Below the pieces are notes generated by a model. The model was not told where the DNA came from, searched no databases, and saw only the letters and a list, made by a program, of their open reading frames with translations. A DNA stretch of 64,000 nt from Auanema rhodensis (taxonomy: Eukaryota > Animalia > Nematoda): the NCBI GenBank assembly GCA_964057225.1, contig OZ059898.1, forward strand, positions 1,426,001-1,490,000. Reading direction: 5' to 3'. Numbering within the stretch: the stretch's first letter is position 1; each line of letters begins with the position of its first letter. Shown here piece by piece: positions 29,330 to 45,169 of this stretch. The translations under genes and the position numbers were made by a program.

Positions 29330-32200
29330 CGGATTTTTAAGCTGCGTCGATCTGTGTTATCAGATTTGCGCTAGCTTAAAAATGCACCGAGATATTAACT
29401 GATATAAGTTCACACTTATATCCTCGATTTTCACCCTGAAGAATTAATTTTTTTGTTGAATAACATTGTCCATCGTCTTTGCCTTGAAAAAAGGAATCTA
29501 AAAACATCTACTTTTTGCTAAATTATTTTGAAATTTTTCGAAAAAATTTTTGTCAAAATGTTTTTGGAAGCAATGTTGAGTGTACATGGAAACTCAACAT
29601 ACACTAATGCATCATTTTTCAAACGATCATAACTAATTTTTGTATTAAGCGTTTCTCAATGTAGTATAGTGCATTCGATGCGGATTTTTAAGCTGCGTCG
29701 ATCTGTGTTATCAGATTTGCGCTTGCTTAAAAATGCACCGAGATATCAACTGATATAAGTTCACACTTATATCCTCGATTTTCACCCTGAAGAATTAATT
29801 TTTTTGTTGAATAACATTGTCCATCGTCTTTGCCTTGAAAAAAGGAATCTAAAAACATCTACTTTTTGCTAAATTATTTTGAAATTTTTCGAAAAAATTT
29901 TTGTCAAAATGTTTTTGGAAGCAATGTTGAGTGTACATGGGAACTCAACATACACTAATGCATCATTTTTCAAACGATCATAACTAATTTTTGTATTAAG
30001 CGTTCCTCAATGTAGTATAGTGCATTCGATGCGGATTTTTAAGCTGCGTCGATCTGTGTTATCAGATTTGCGCTAGCTTAAAAATGCACCGAGATATCAA
30101 CTGATATAAGTTCACACTTATATCCTCGATTTTCACCCTGAAGAATTAATTTTTTCGTTGAATAACATTGTCCATCGTCTTTGCCTTGAAAAAATAAATC
30201 TAAAAACATCTACTTTTTGATAAATTATTTTGAAATTTTTCGAAAAAATTTTTGTCAAAATGTTTTTGGAAGCAATGTTGAGTGTACATGGGAACTCAAC
30301 ATACACTAATGCATCATTTTTCAAACGATCATAACTAATTTTTGTATTAAGCGTTTTTCAATGTAGTATAGTGCATTCGATGCGGATTTTTAAGCTGCGT
30401 CGATCTGTGTTATCAGATTTGCGTTAGCTTAAAAATGCACCGAGATATCAACTGGTATAAGTTCACACTTATATCCTCGATTTTCACCCTGAAGAATTAA
30501 TTTTTTCGTTGAATAACATTGTCCATCGTTTTTGCCTTGAAAAAAGGAATCTAAAAACATCTACTTTTTGCCAAATTATTTTGAAATTTTTCGAAAAAAT
30601 TTTTGTCAAAATGTTTTTGGAAGCAATGTTGAGTGTACATGGAAACTCAACATACACTAATGCATCATTTTTCAAACGATCATTACTAATTTTTGTATTA
30701 AGCGTTTCTCAATGTAGTATAGTGCATTCGATGCGGATTTTTAAGCTGCGTCGATCTGTGTTATCAGATTTGCGCTAGCTTAAAAATGCACCGAGATATT
30801 AACTGATATAAGTTCACACTTATATCCTCGATTTTCACCCTGAAGAATTAATTTTTTTGTTGAATAACATTGTCCATCGTCTTTGCCTTGAAAAAAGGAA
30901 TCTAAAAACATCTACTTTTTGCTAAATTATTTTGAAATTTTTCGAAAAAATTTTTGTCAAAATGTTTTTGGAAGCAATGTTGAGTGTACATGGAAACTCA
31001 ACATACACTAATGCATCATTTTTCAAACGATCATAACTAATTTTTGTATTAAGCGTTTCTCAATGTAGTATAGTGCATTCGATGCGGATTTTTAAGCTGC
31101 GTCGATCTGTGTTATCAGATTTGCGCTTGCTTAAAAATGCACCGAGATATCAACTGATATAAGTTCACACTTATATCCTCGATTTTCACCCTGAAGAATT
31201 AATTTTTTTGTTGAATAACATTGTCCATCGTCTTTGCCTTGAAAAAAGGAATCTAAAAACATCTACTTTTTGCTAAATTATTTTGAAATTTTTCGAAAAA
31301 ATTTTTGTCAAAATGTTTTTGGAAGCAATGTTGAGTGTACATGGGAACTCAACATACACTAATGCATCATTTTTCAAACGATCATAACTAATTTTTGTAT
31401 TAAGCGTTCCTCAATGTAGTATAGTGCATTCGATGCGGATTTTTAAGCTGCGTCGATCTGTGTTATCAGATTTGCGCTAGCTTAAAAATGCACCGAGATA
31501 TCAACTGATATAAGTTCACACTTATATCCTCGATTTTCACCCTGAAGAATTAATTTTTTCGTTGAATAACATTGTCCATCGTCTTTGCCTTGAAAAAATA
31601 AATCTAAAAACATCTACTTTTTGATAAATTATTTTGAAATTTTTCGAAAAAATTTTTGTCAAAATGTTTTTGGAAGCAATGTTGAGTGTACATGGGAACT
31701 CAACATACACTAATGCATCATTTTTCAAACGATCATAACTAATTTTTGTATTAAGCGTTTTTCAATGTAGTATAGTGCATTCGATGCGGATTTTTAAGCT
31801 GCGTCGATCTGTGTTATCAGATTTGCGTTAGCTTAAAAATGCACCGAGATATCAACTGGTATAAGTTCACACTTATATCCTCGATTTTCACCCTGAAGAA
31901 TTAATTTTTTCGTTGAATAACATTGTCCATCGTTTTTGCCTTGAAAAAAGGAATCTAAAAACATCTACTTTTTGCCAAATTATTTTGAAATTTTTCGAAA
32001 AAATTTTTGTCAAAATGTTTTTGGAAGCAATGTTGAGTGTACATGGAAACTCAACATACACTAATGCATCATTTTTCAAACGATCATTACTAATTTTTGT
32101 ATTAAGCGTTTCTCAATGTAGTATAGTGCATTCGATGCGGATTTTTAAGCTGCGTCGATCTGTGTTATCAGATTTGCGCTAGCTTAAAAATGCACCGAGA
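29330..32200. repeat. Four-monomer tandem duplication (offset 1404 bp); boundaries approximate
   Basis: Paired variants: aaaataaatc 30191/31595, cgttcctc 30001/31405, gcgttagc 30421/31825, plus gccaaat and cattact monomers (also shown by the duplicated spurious ORFs 30509/31913). Confidence 0.8.
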
Positions 32201-35200
32201 TATCAACTGGTATAAGTTCACACTTATATCCTCGATTCTCACCCTGAAGAATTAATTTTTTCGTTGAATAACATTGTCCATCGTCTTTGCCTTGAAAAAA
32301 GAAATCTAAAAACATCTACTTTTTGCTAAATTATTTCGAAATTTTTCGAAAAAATTTTTGTCAAAATGTTTTTGGAAGCAATGTTGAGTGTACATGGAAA
32401 CTCAACATACACTAATGCATCATTTTTCAAACGATCATAACTAATTTTTGTATTAAGCGTTTCTCAATGTAGTATAGTGCATTCGATGCGGATTTTTAAG
32501 CTGCGTCGATCTGTGTTATCAGATTTGCGCTAGCTTAAAAATGCACCGAGATATTAACTGATATAAGTTCACACTTATATCCTCGATTTTCACCCTGAAG
32601 AATTAATTTTTTCGTTGAATAACATTGTCCATCGTCTTTGCCTTGAAAAAAGGAATCTAAAAACATCTACTTTTTGCTAAATTATTTTGAAATTTTTCGA
32701 AAAAATTTTTGTCAAAATGTTTTTGGAAGCAATGTTGAGTGTACATGGAAACTCAACATACACTAATGCATCATTTTTCAAACGATCATAACTAATTTTT
32801 GTATCAAGCATTTCTCAATGTAGTATAGTGCATTCGATGCGGATTTTTAAGCTGCGTCGATCTGTGTTATCAGATTTGCGCTAGCTTAAAAATGCACCGA
32901 GATATCAACTGATATAAGTTCACACTTATATCCTCGATTTTCACCCTGAAGAATTAATTTTTTCGTTGAATAACATTGTCCATCGTCTTTGCCTTGAGAA
33001 AAGGAATCTAAAAACATCTACTTTTTGCTAAATTATTTTGAAATTTTTCGAAAAAATTTTTGTCAAAATGTTTTTGGAAGCAATGTTGAGTGTACATGGA
33101 AACTCAACATACACTAATGCATCATTTTTCAAACGATCATAACTAATTTTTGTATCAAGCATTTCTCAATGTAGTATAGTGCATTCGATGCGGATTTTTA
33201 AGCTGCGTCGATCTGTGTTATCAGATTTGCGCTAGCTTAAAAATGCACCGAGATATCAACTGATATAAGTTCACACTTATATCCTCGATTTTCACCCTGA
33301 AGAATTAATTTTTTCGTTGAATAACATTGTCCATCGTCTTTGCCTTGAAAAAAGGAATCTAAAAACATCTACTTTTTGCTAAATTATTTCGAAATTTTTC
33401 GAAAAAAGTTTTGTCAAAATGTTTTTGGAAGCAATGTTGAGTGTACATGGAAACTCAACATACACTAATGCATCATTTTTCAAACGATCATAACTAATTT
33501 TTGTATTAAGCGTTTCTCAATGTAGTATAGTGCATTCGATGCGGATTTTTAAGCTGCGTCGATCTGTGTTATCAGATTTGCGCTAGCTTAAAAATGCACC
33601 GAGATATTAACTGATATAAGTTCACACTTATATCCTCGATTTTCACCCTGAAGAATTAATTTTTTCGTTGAATAACATTGTCCATCGTCTTTGCCTTGAA
33701 AAAAGGAATCTAAAAACATCTACTTTTTGCTAAATTATTTTGAAATTTTTCGAAAAAATTTTTGTCAAAATGTTTTTGGAAGCAATGTTGAGTGTACATG
33801 GAAACTCAACATACACTAATGCATCATTTTTCAAACGATCATAACTAATTTTTGTATCAAGCATTTCTCAATGTAGTATAGTGCATTCGATGCGGATTTT
33901 TAAGCTGCGTCGATCTGTGTTATCAGATTTGCGCTAGCTTAAAAATGCACCGAGATATCAACTGATATAAGTTCACACTTATATCCTCGATTTTCACCCT
34001 GAAGAATTAATTTTTTCGTTGAATAACATTGTCCATCGTCTTTGCCTTGAAAAAAGGAATCTAAAAACATCTACTTTTTGCTAAATTATTTCGAAATTTT
34101 TCGAAAAAATTTTTGTCAAAATGTTTTTGGAAGCAATGTTGAGTGTACATGGAAACTCAACATACACTAATGCATCATTTTTCAAACGATCATAACTAAT
34201 TTTTGTATTAAGCGTTTCTCAATGTAGTATAGTGCATTCGATGCGGATTTTTAAGCTGCGTCGATCTGTGTTATCAGATTTGCGCTAGCTTAAAAATGCA
34301 CCGAGATATTAACTGGTATAAGTTCACACTTATATCCTCGATTTTCACCCTGAAGAATTAATTTTTTCGTTGAATAACATTGTCCATCGTTTTTGCCTTG
34401 AAAAAAGGAATCTAAAAACATCTACTTTTTGCTAAATTATTTTGAAATTTTTCGAAAAAATTTTTGTCAAAATGTTTTTGGAAGCAATGTTGAGTGTACA
34501 TGGAAACTCAACATACACTAATGCATCATTTTTCAAACGATCATAACTAATTTTTGTATTAAGCGTTTCTCAATGTAGTATAGTGCATTCGATGCGGATT
34601 TTTAAGCTGCGTCGATCTGTGTTATCAGATTTGCGCTAGCTTAAAAATGCACCGAGATATTAACTGATATAAGTTCACACTTATATCCTCGATTTTCACC
34701 CTGAAGAATTAATTTTTTCATTGAATAACATTGTCCATCGTCTTTGCCTTGAAAAAAGGAATCTAAAAACATCTACTTTTTGCTAAATTATTCTGAAATT
34801 TTTCGAAAAAATTTTTGTCAAAATGTTTTTGGAAGCAATGTTGAGTGTACATGGAAACTCAACATACACTAATGCATCATTTTTCAAACGATCATAACTA
34901 ATTTTTGTATCAAGCATTTCTCAATGTAGTATAGTGCATTCGATGCGGATTTTTAAGCTGCGTCGATCTGTGTTATCAGATTTGCGCTAGCTTAAAAATG
35001 CACCGAGATATCAACTGATATAAGTTCACACTTATATCCTCGATTTTCACCCTGAAGAATTAATTTTTTCGTTGAATAACATTGTCCATCGTCTTTGCCT
35101 TGAAAAAAGGAATCTAAAAACATCTACTTTTTGCTAAATTATTTCGAAATTTTTCGAAAAAATTTTTGTCAAAATGTTTTTGGAAGCAATGTTGAGTGTA

Positions 35201-38200
35201 CATGGAAACTCAACATACACTAATGCATCATTTTTCAAACGATCATTACTAATTTTTGTATTAAGCATTTCTCAATGTAGTATAGTGCATTCGATGCGGA
35301 TTTTTAAGCTGCGTCGATCTGTGTTATCAGATTTGCGCTAGCTTAAAAATGCACCGAGATATCAACTGATATAAGTTCACACTTATATCCTCGATTTTCA
35401 CCCTGAAGAATTAATTTTTTCGTTGAATAACATTGTCCATCGTCTTTGCCTTGAAAAAAGGAATCTAAAAACATCTACTTTTTGCTAAATTATCTTGAAA
35501 TTTTTCGAAAAAATTTTTGTCAAAATGTTTTTGGAAGCAATGTTGAGTGTACATGGAAACTCAACATACACTAATGCATCATTTTTCAAACGATCATAAC
35601 TAATTTTTGTATTAAGTGTTTCTCAATGTAGTATAATGCATTCGATGCGGATTTTTAAGCTGCGTCGATCTGTGTTATCAGATTTGCGCTAGCTTAAAAA
35701 TGCACCGAGATATCAACTGATATAAGTTCACACTTATATCCTCGATTTTCACCCTGAAGAATTAATTTTTTCGTTGAATAACATTGTCCATCGTCTTTGC
35801 CTTGAAAAAAGAAATCTAAAAACATCTACTTTTTGCTAAATTATCTTGAAATTTTTCGAAAAAATTTTTGTCAAAATGTTTTTGGAAGCAATGTTGAGTG
35901 TACATGGAAACTCAACATACACTAATGCATCATTTTTCAAACGATCATAACTAATTTTTGTATTAAGCATTTCTCAATGTAGTATAGTGCATTCGATGCG
36001 GATTTTAAAGCTGCGTCGATCTGTGTTATCAGATTTGCGCTAGCTTAAAAATGCACCGAGATATCAACTGATATAAGTTCACACTTATATCCTCGATTTT
36101 CACCCTGAAGAATTAATTTTTTCGTTGAATAACATTGTCCATCGTCTTTGCCTTGAAAAAAGGAATCTAAAAACATCTACTTTTTGCTAAATTATCTTGA
36201 AATTTTTCGAAAAAATTTTTGTCAAAATGTTTTTGGAAGCAATGTTGAGTGTACATGGAAACTCAACATACACTAATGCATCATTTTTCAAACGATCATA
36301 ACTAATTTTTGTATTAAGTGTTTCTCAATGTAGTATAATGCATTCGATGCGGATTTTTAAGCTGCGTCGATCTGTGTTATCAGATTTGCGCTAGCTTAAA
36401 AATGCACCGAGATATCAACTGATATAAGTTCACACTTATATCCTCGATTTTCACCCTGAAGAATTAATTTTTTCGTTGAATAACATTGTCCATCGTCTTT
36501 GCCTTGAAAAAAGAAATCTAAAAACATCTACTTTTTGCTAAATTATCTTGAAATTTTTCGAAAAAATTTTTGTCAAAATGTTTTTGGAAGCAATGTTGAG
36601 TGTACATGGAAACTCAACATACACTAATGCATCATTTTTCAAACGATCATAACTAATTTTTGTATTAAGCATTTCTCAATGTAGTATAGTGCATTCGATG
36701 CGGATTTTAAAGCTGCGTCGATCTGTGTTATCAGATTTGCGCTAGCTTAAAAATGCACCGAGATATCAACTGATATAAGTTCACACTTATATCCTCGATT
36801 TTCACCCTGAAGAATTAATTTTTTCGTTGAATAACATTGTCCATCGTCTTTGCCTTGAAAAAAGGAATCTAAAAACATCTACTTTTTGCTAAATTATTTC
36901 GAAATTTTTCGAAAAAATTTTTGTCAAAATGTTTTTGGAAGCAATGTTGAGTGTACATGGAAACTCAACATACACTAATGCATCATTTTTCAAACGATCA
37001 TAACTAATTTTTGTATTAAGCGTTTCTCAATGTAGTATAGTGCATTCGATGCGGATTTTTAAGTTGCGTCGATCTGTGTTATCAGATTTGCGCTAGCTTA
37101 AAAATGCACCGAGATATTAACTGATATAAGTTCACACTTATATCCTCGATTTTCACCCTGAAGAATTAATTTTTTCGTTGAATAACATTGTCCATCGTCT
37201 TTGCCTTGAAAAAAGGAATCTAAAAACATCTACTTTTTGCTAAATTATTTTGAAATTTTTCGAAAAAATTTTTGTCAAAATGTTTTTGGAAGCAATGTTG
37301 AGTGTACATGGAAACTCAACATACACTAATGCATCATTTTTCAAACGATCATAGCTAATTTTTGTATTAAGCGTTTCTCAATGTAGTATAGTGCATTCGA
37401 TGCGGATTTTTAAGCTGCGTCGATCTGTGTTATCAGATTTGCGCTAGCTTAAAAATGCACCGAGATATCAACTGATATAAGTTCACACTTATATCCTCGA
37501 TTTTCACCCTGAAGAATTAATTTTTTCGTTGAATAACATTGTCCATCGTCTTTGCCTTGAAAAAAGAAATCTAAAAACATCTACTTTTTGCTAAATTATC
37601 TTGAAATTTTTCGAAAAAATTTTTGTCAAAATGTTTTTGGAAGCAATGTTGAGTGTACATGGAAACTCAACATACACTAATGCATCATTTTTCAAACGAT
37701 CATAACTAATTTTTGTATTAAGCATTTCTCAATGTAGTATAGTGCATTCGATGCGGATTTTTAAGCTGCGTCGATCTGTGTTATCAGATTTGCGCTAGCT
37801 TAAAAATGCACCGAGATATCAACTGATATAAGTTCACACTTATATCCTCGATTTTCACCCTGAAGAATTAATTTTTTCGTTGAATAACATTGTCCATCGT
37901 CTTTGCCTTGAAAAAAGGAATCTAAAAACATCTACTTTTTGCTAAATTATTTCGAAATTTTTCGAAAAAATTTTTGTCAAAATGTTTTTGGAAGCAATGT
38001 TGAGTGTACATGGAAACTCAACATACACTAATGCATCATTTTTCAAACGATCATAACTAATTTTTGTATTAAGCGTTTCTCAATGTAGTATAGTGCATTC
38101 GATGCGGATTTTTAAGTTGCGTCGATCTGTGTTATCAGATTTGCGCTAGCTTAAAAATGCACCGAGATATTAACTGATATAAGTTCACACTTATATCCTC

Positions 38201-41200
38201 GATTTTCACCCTGAAGAATTAATTTTTTCGTTGAATAACATTGTCCATCGTCTTTGCCTTGAAAAAAGGAATCTAAAAACATCTACTTTTTGCTAAATTA
38301 TTTTGAAATTTTTCGAAAAAATTTTTGTCAAAATGTTTTTGGAAGCAATGTTGAGTGTACATGGAAACTCAACATACACTAATGCATCATTTTTCAAACG
38401 ATCATAGCTAATTTTTGTATTAAGCATTTCTCAATGTAGTATAGTGCATTCGATGCGGATTTTTAAGCTGCGTCGATCTGTGTTATCAGATTTGCGCTAG
38501 CTTAAAAATGCACCGAGATATCAACTGATATAAGTTCACACTTATATCCTCGATTTTCACCCTGAAGAATTAATTTTTTCGTTGAATAACATTGTCCATC
38601 GTCTTTGCCTTGAAAAAAGGAATCTAAAAACATCTACTTTTTGCTAAATTATTTTGAAATTTTTCGAAAAAATTTTTGTCAAAATGTTTTTGGAAGCAAT
38701 GTTGAGTGTACATGGAAACTCAACATACACTAATGCATCATTTTTCAAACGATCATTACTAATTTTTGTATTAAGCATTTCTCAATGTAGTATAGTGCAT
38801 TCGATGCGGATTTTTAAGCTGCGTCGATCTGTGTTATCAGATTTGCGCTAGCTTAAAAATGCACCGAGATATCAACTGATATAAGTTCACACTTATATCC
38901 TCGATTTTCACCCTGAAGAATTAATTTTTTCGTTGAATAACATTGTCCATCGTCTTTGCCTTGAAAAAAGAAATCTAAAAACATCTACTTTTTGCTAAAT
39001 TATCTTGAAATTTTTCGAAAAAATTTTTGTCAAAATGTTTTTGGAAGCAATGTTGAGTGTACATGGAAACTCAACATACACTAATGCATCATTTTTCAAA
39101 CGATCATAACTAATTTTTGTATTAAGCATTTCTCAATGTAGTATAGTGCATTCGATGCGGATTTTTAAGCTGCGTCGATCTGTGTTATCAGATTTGCGCT
39201 AGCTTAAAAATGCACCGAGATATCAACTGATATAAGTTCACACTTATATCCTCGATTTTCACCCTGAAGAATTAATTTTTTCGTTGAATAACATTGTCCA
39301 TCGTCTTTGCCTTGAAAAAAGGAATCTAAAAACATCTACTTTTTGCTGAATTATTTCGAAATTTTTCGAAAAAATTTTTGTCAAAATGTTTTTGGAAGCA
39401 ATGTTGAGTGTACATGGAAACTCAACATACACTAATGCATCATTTTTCAAACGATCATAACTAATTTTTGTATTAAGCGTTTCTCAATGTAGTATAGTGC
39501 ATTCGATGCGGATTTTTAAGCTGCGTCGATCTGTGTTATCAGATTTGCGCTAGCTTAAAAATGCACCGAGATATTAACTGATATAAGTTCACACTTATAT
39601 CCTCGATTTTCACCCTGAAGAATTAATTTTTTCGTTGAATAACATTGTCCATCGTCTTTGCCTTGAAAAAAGGAATCTAAAAACATCTACTTTTTGCTAA
39701 ATTATTTCGAAATTTTTCGAAAAAATTTTTGTCAAAATGTTTTTGGAAGCAATGTTGAGTGTACATGGAAACTCAACATACACTAATGCATCATTTTTCA
39801 AACGATCATAACTAAATTTTGTATTAAGCGTTTCTCAATGTAGTATAGTGCATTCGATGCGGATTTTTAAGCTGCGTCGATCTGTGTTATCAGATTTGCG
39901 CTAGCTTAAAAATGCACCGAGATATTAACTGGTATAAGTTCACACTTATATCCTCGATTTTCACCCTGAAGAATTAATTTTTTCGTTGAATAACATTGTC
40001 CATCGTTTTTGCCTTGAAAAAAGGAATCTAAAAACATCTACTTTTTGCTAAATTATTTTGAAATTTTTCGAAAAAATTTTTGTCAAAATGTTTTTGGAAG
40101 CAATGTTGAGTGTACATGGAAACTCAACATACACTAATGCATCATTTTTCAAACGATCATAACTAATTTTTGTATCAAGCATTTCTCAATGTAGTATAGT
40201 GCATTCGATGCGGATTTTTAAGCTGCGTCGATCTGTGTTATCAGATTTGCGCTAGCTTAAAAATGCACCGAGATATCAACTGATATAAGTTCACACTTAT
40301 ATCCTCGATTTTCACCCTGAAGAATTAATTTTTTCGTTGAATAACATTGTCCATCGTCTTTGCCTTGAAAAAAGGAATCTAAAAACATCTACTTTTTGCT
40401 AAATTATTTTGAAATTTTTCGAAAAAATTTTTGTCAAAATGTTTTTGGAAGCAATGTTGAGTGTACATGGAAACTCAACATACACTAATGCATCATTTTT
40501 CAAACGATCATAACTAATTTTTGTATTAAGCGTTTCTCAATGTAGTATAGTGCATTCGATGCGGATTTTTAAGCTGCGTCGATCTGTGTTATCAGATTTG
40601 CGCTAGCTTAAAAATGCACCGAGATATTAACTGGTATAAGTTCACACTTATATCCTCGATTTTCACCCTGAAGAATTAATTTTTTCGTTGATTAACATTG
40701 TCCATCGTTTTTGCCTTGAAAAAAGGAATCTAAAAACATCTACTTTTTGCTAAATTATTTTGAAATTTTTCGAAAAAATTTTTGTCAAAATGTTTTTGGA
40801 AGCAATGTTGAGTGTACATGGAAACTCAACATACACTAATGCATCATTTTTCAAACGATCATAACTAATTTTTGTATTAAGCGTTTCTCAATGTAGTATA
40901 GTGCATTCGATGCGGATTTTTAAGCTGCGTCGATCTGTGTTATCAGATTTGCGCTAGCTTAAAAATGCACCGAGATATTAACTGATATAAGTTCACACTT
41001 ATATCCTCGATTTTCACCCTGAAGAATTAATTTTTTCGTTGAATAACATTGTCCATCGTCTTTGCCTTGAAAAAAGGAATCTAAAAACATCTACTTTTTG
41101 CTAAATTATTTTGAAATTTTTCGAAAAAATTTTTGTCAAAATGTTTTTGGAAGCAATGTTGAGTGTACATGGAAACTCAACATACACTAATGCATCATTT

Positions 41201-44200
41201 TTCAAACGATCATAACTAATTTTTGTATCAAGCATTTCTCAATGTAGTATAGTGCATTCGATGCGGATTTTTAAGCTGCGTCGATCTGTGTTATCAGATT
41301 TGCGCTAGCTTAAAAATGCACCGAGATATCAACTGATATAAGTTCACACATATATCCTCGATTTTCACCCTGAAGAATTAATTTTTTCGTTGAATAACAT
41401 TGTCCATCGTCTTTGCCTTGAAAAAAGGAATCTAAAAACATCTACTTTTTGCTAAATTATCTTGAAATTTTTCGAAAAAATTTTTGTCAAAATGTTTTTG
41501 GAAGCAATGTTGAGTGTACATGGAAACTCAACATACACTAATGCATCATTTTTCAAACGATCATAACTAATTTTTGTATTAAGTGTTTCTCAATGTAGTA
41601 TAATGCATTCGATGCGGGTTTTAAGCTGCGTCGATCTGTGTTATCAGATTTGCGCTAGCTTAAAAATGCACCGAGATATCAACTGATATAAGTTCACACA
41701 TATATCCTCGATTTTCACCCTGAAGAATTAATTTTTTCGTTGAATAACATTGTCCATCGTCTTTGCCTTGAAAAAAGGAATCTAAAAACATCTACTTTTT
41801 GCTAAATTATTTTGAAATTTTTCGAAAAAATTTTTGTCAAAATGTTTTTGGAAGCAATGTTGAGTGTACATGGAAACTCAACATACACTAATGCATCATT
41901 TTTCAAACGATCATTACTAATTTTTGTATTAAGCATTTCTCAATGTAGTATAGTGCATTCGATGCGGATTTTTAAGCTGCGTCGATCTGTGTTATCAGAT
42001 TTGCGCTAGCTTAAAAATGCACCGAGATATCAACTGATATAAGTTCACACTTATATCCTCGATTTTCACCCTGAAGAATTAATTTTTTCGTTGAATAACA
42101 TTCTCCATCGTCTTTGCCTTGAAAAAAGGAATCTAAAAACATCTACTTTTTGCTAAATTATTTCGAAATTTTTCGAAAAAATTTTTGTCAAAATGTTTTT
42201 GGAAGCAATGTTGAGTGTACATAGAAACTCAACATACACTAATGCATCATTTTTCAAACGATCATAACTAATTTTTGTATTAAGCGTTTCTCAATGTAGT
42301 ATAGTGCATTCGATGCGGATTTTTAAGTTGCGTCGATCTGTGTTATCAGATTTGCGCTAGCTTAAAAATGCACCGAGATATTAACTGATATAAGTTCACA
42401 CTTATATCCTCGATTTTCACCCTGAAGAATTAATTTTTTCGTTGAATAACATTGTCCATCGTCTTTGCCTTGAAAAAAGGAATCTAAAAACATCTACTTT
42501 TTGCTAAATTATTTTGAAATTTTTCGAAAAAATTTTTGTCAAAATGTTTTTGGAAGCAATGTTGAGTGTACATGGAAACTCAACATACACTAATGCATCA
42601 TTTTTCAAACGATCATAACTAATTTTTGTATCAAGCATTTCTCAATGTAGTATAGTGCATTCGATGCGGATTTTTAAGCTGCGTCGATCTGTGTTATCAG
42701 ATTTGCGCTAGCTTAAAAATGCACCGAGATATCAACTGATATAAGTTCACACTTATATCCTCGATTTTCACCCTGAAGAATTAATTTTTTCGTTGAATAA
42801 CATTGTCCATCGTCTTTGCCTTGAAAAAAGGAATCTAAAAACATCTACTTTTTGCTAAATTATCTTGAAATTTTTCGAAAAAATTTTTGTCAAAATGTTT
42901 TTGGAAGCAATGTTGAGTGTACATGGAAACTCAACATACACTAATGCATCATTTTTCAAACGATCATAACTAATTTTTGTATTAAGTGTTTCTCAATGTA
43001 GTATAATGCATTCGATGCGGGTTTTAAGCTGCGTCGATCTGTGTTATCAGATTTGCGCTAGCTTAAAAATGCACCGAGATATCAACTGATATAAGTTCAC
43101 ACTTATATCCTCGATTTTCACCCTGAAGAATTAATTTTTTCGTTGAATAACATTGTCCATCGTCTTTGCCTTGAAAAAAGGAATCTAAAAACATCTACTT
43201 TTTGCTAAATTATTTTGAAATTTTTCGAAAAAATTTTTGTCAAAATGTTTTTGGAAGCAATGTTGAGTGTACATGGAAACTCAACATACACTAATGCATC
43301 ATTTTTCAAACGATCATAACTAATTTTTGTATCAAGCATGTCTCAATGTAGTATAGTGCATTCGATGCGGATTTTTAAGCTGCGTCGATCTGTGTTATCA
43401 GATTTGCGCTAGCTTAAAAATGCACCGAGATATCAACTGATATAAGTTCACACATATATCCTCGATTTTCACCCTGAAGAATTAATTTTTTCGTTGAATA
43501 ACATTGTCCATCGTCTTTGCCTTGAAAAAAGGAATCTAAAAACATCTACTTTTTGCTAAATTATCTTGAAATTTTTCGAAAAACTTTTGTCAAAATGTTT
43601 TTGGAAGCAATGTTGAGTGTACATGGAAACTCAACATACACTAATGCATCATTTTTCAAACGATCATAACTAATTTTTGTATTAAGTGTTTCTCAATGTA
43701 GTATAATGCATTCGATGCGGGTTTTAAGCTGCGTCGATCTGTGTTATCAGATTTGCGCTAGCTTAAAAATGCACCGAGATATCAACTGATATAAGTTCAC
43801 ACTTATATCCTCGATTTTCACCCTGAAGAATTAATTTTTTCGTTGAATAACATTGTCCATCGTCTTTGCCTTGAAAAAAGGAATCTAAAAACATCTACTT
43901 TTTGCTAAATTATTTTGAAATTTTTCGAAAAAATTTTTGTCAAAATGTTTTTGGAAGCAATGTTGAGTGTACATGGAAACTCAACATACACTAATGCATC
44001 ATTTTTCAAACGATCATTACTAATTTTTGTATTAAGCATTTCTCAATGTAGTATAGTGCATTCGATGCGGATTTTTAAGCTGCGTCGATCTGTGTTATCA
44101 GATTTGCGCTAGCTTAAAAATGCACCGAGATATCAACTGATATAAGTTCACACTTATATCCTCGATTTTCACCCTGAAGAATTAATTTTTTCGTTGAATA

Positions 44201-45169
44201 ACATTCTCCATCGTCTTTGCCTTGAAAAAAGGAATCTAAAAACATCTACTTTTTGCTGAATTATTTCGAAATTTTTCGAAAAAATTTTTGTCAAAATGTT
44301 TTTGGAAGCAATGTTGAGTGTACATAGAAACTCAACATACACTAATGCATCATTTTTCAAACGATCATAACTAATTTTTGTATTAAGCGTTTCTCAATGT
44401 AGTATAGTGCATTCGATGCGGATTTTTAAGTTGCGTCGATCTGTGTTATCAGATTTGCGCTAGCTTAAAAATGCACCGAGATATTAACTGATATAAGTTC
44501 ACACTTATATCCTCGATTTTCACCCTGAAGAATTAATTTTTTCGTTGAATAACATTGTCCATCGTCTTTGCCTTGAAAAAAGGAATCTAAAAACATCTAC
44601 TTTTTGCTAAATTATTTTGAAATTTTTCGAAAAAATTTTTGTCAAAATGTTTTTGGAAGCAATGTTGAGTGTACATGGAAACTCAACATACACTAATGCA
44701 TCATTTTTCAAACGATCATAACTAATTTTTGTATTAAGTGTTTCTCAATGTAGTATAATGCATTCGATGCGGGTTTTAAGCTGCGTCGATCTGTGTTATC
44801 AGATTTGCGCTAGCTTAAAAATGCACCGAGATATCAACTGATATAAGTTCACACTTATATCCTCGATTTTCACCCTGAAGAATTAATTTTTTCGTTGAAT
44901 AACATTGTCCATCGTCTTTGCCTTGAAAAAAGGAATCTAAAAACATCTACTTTTTGCTAAATTATTTTGAAATTTTTCGAAAAAATTTTTGTCAAAATGT
45001 TTTTGGAAGCAATGTTGAGTGTACATGGAAACTCAACATACACTAATGCATCATTTTTCAAACGATCATTACTAATTTTTGTATTAAGCATTTCTCAATG
45101 TAGTATAGTGCATTCGATGCGGATTTTTAAGCTGCGTCGATCTGTGTTATCAGATTTGCGCTAGCTTAA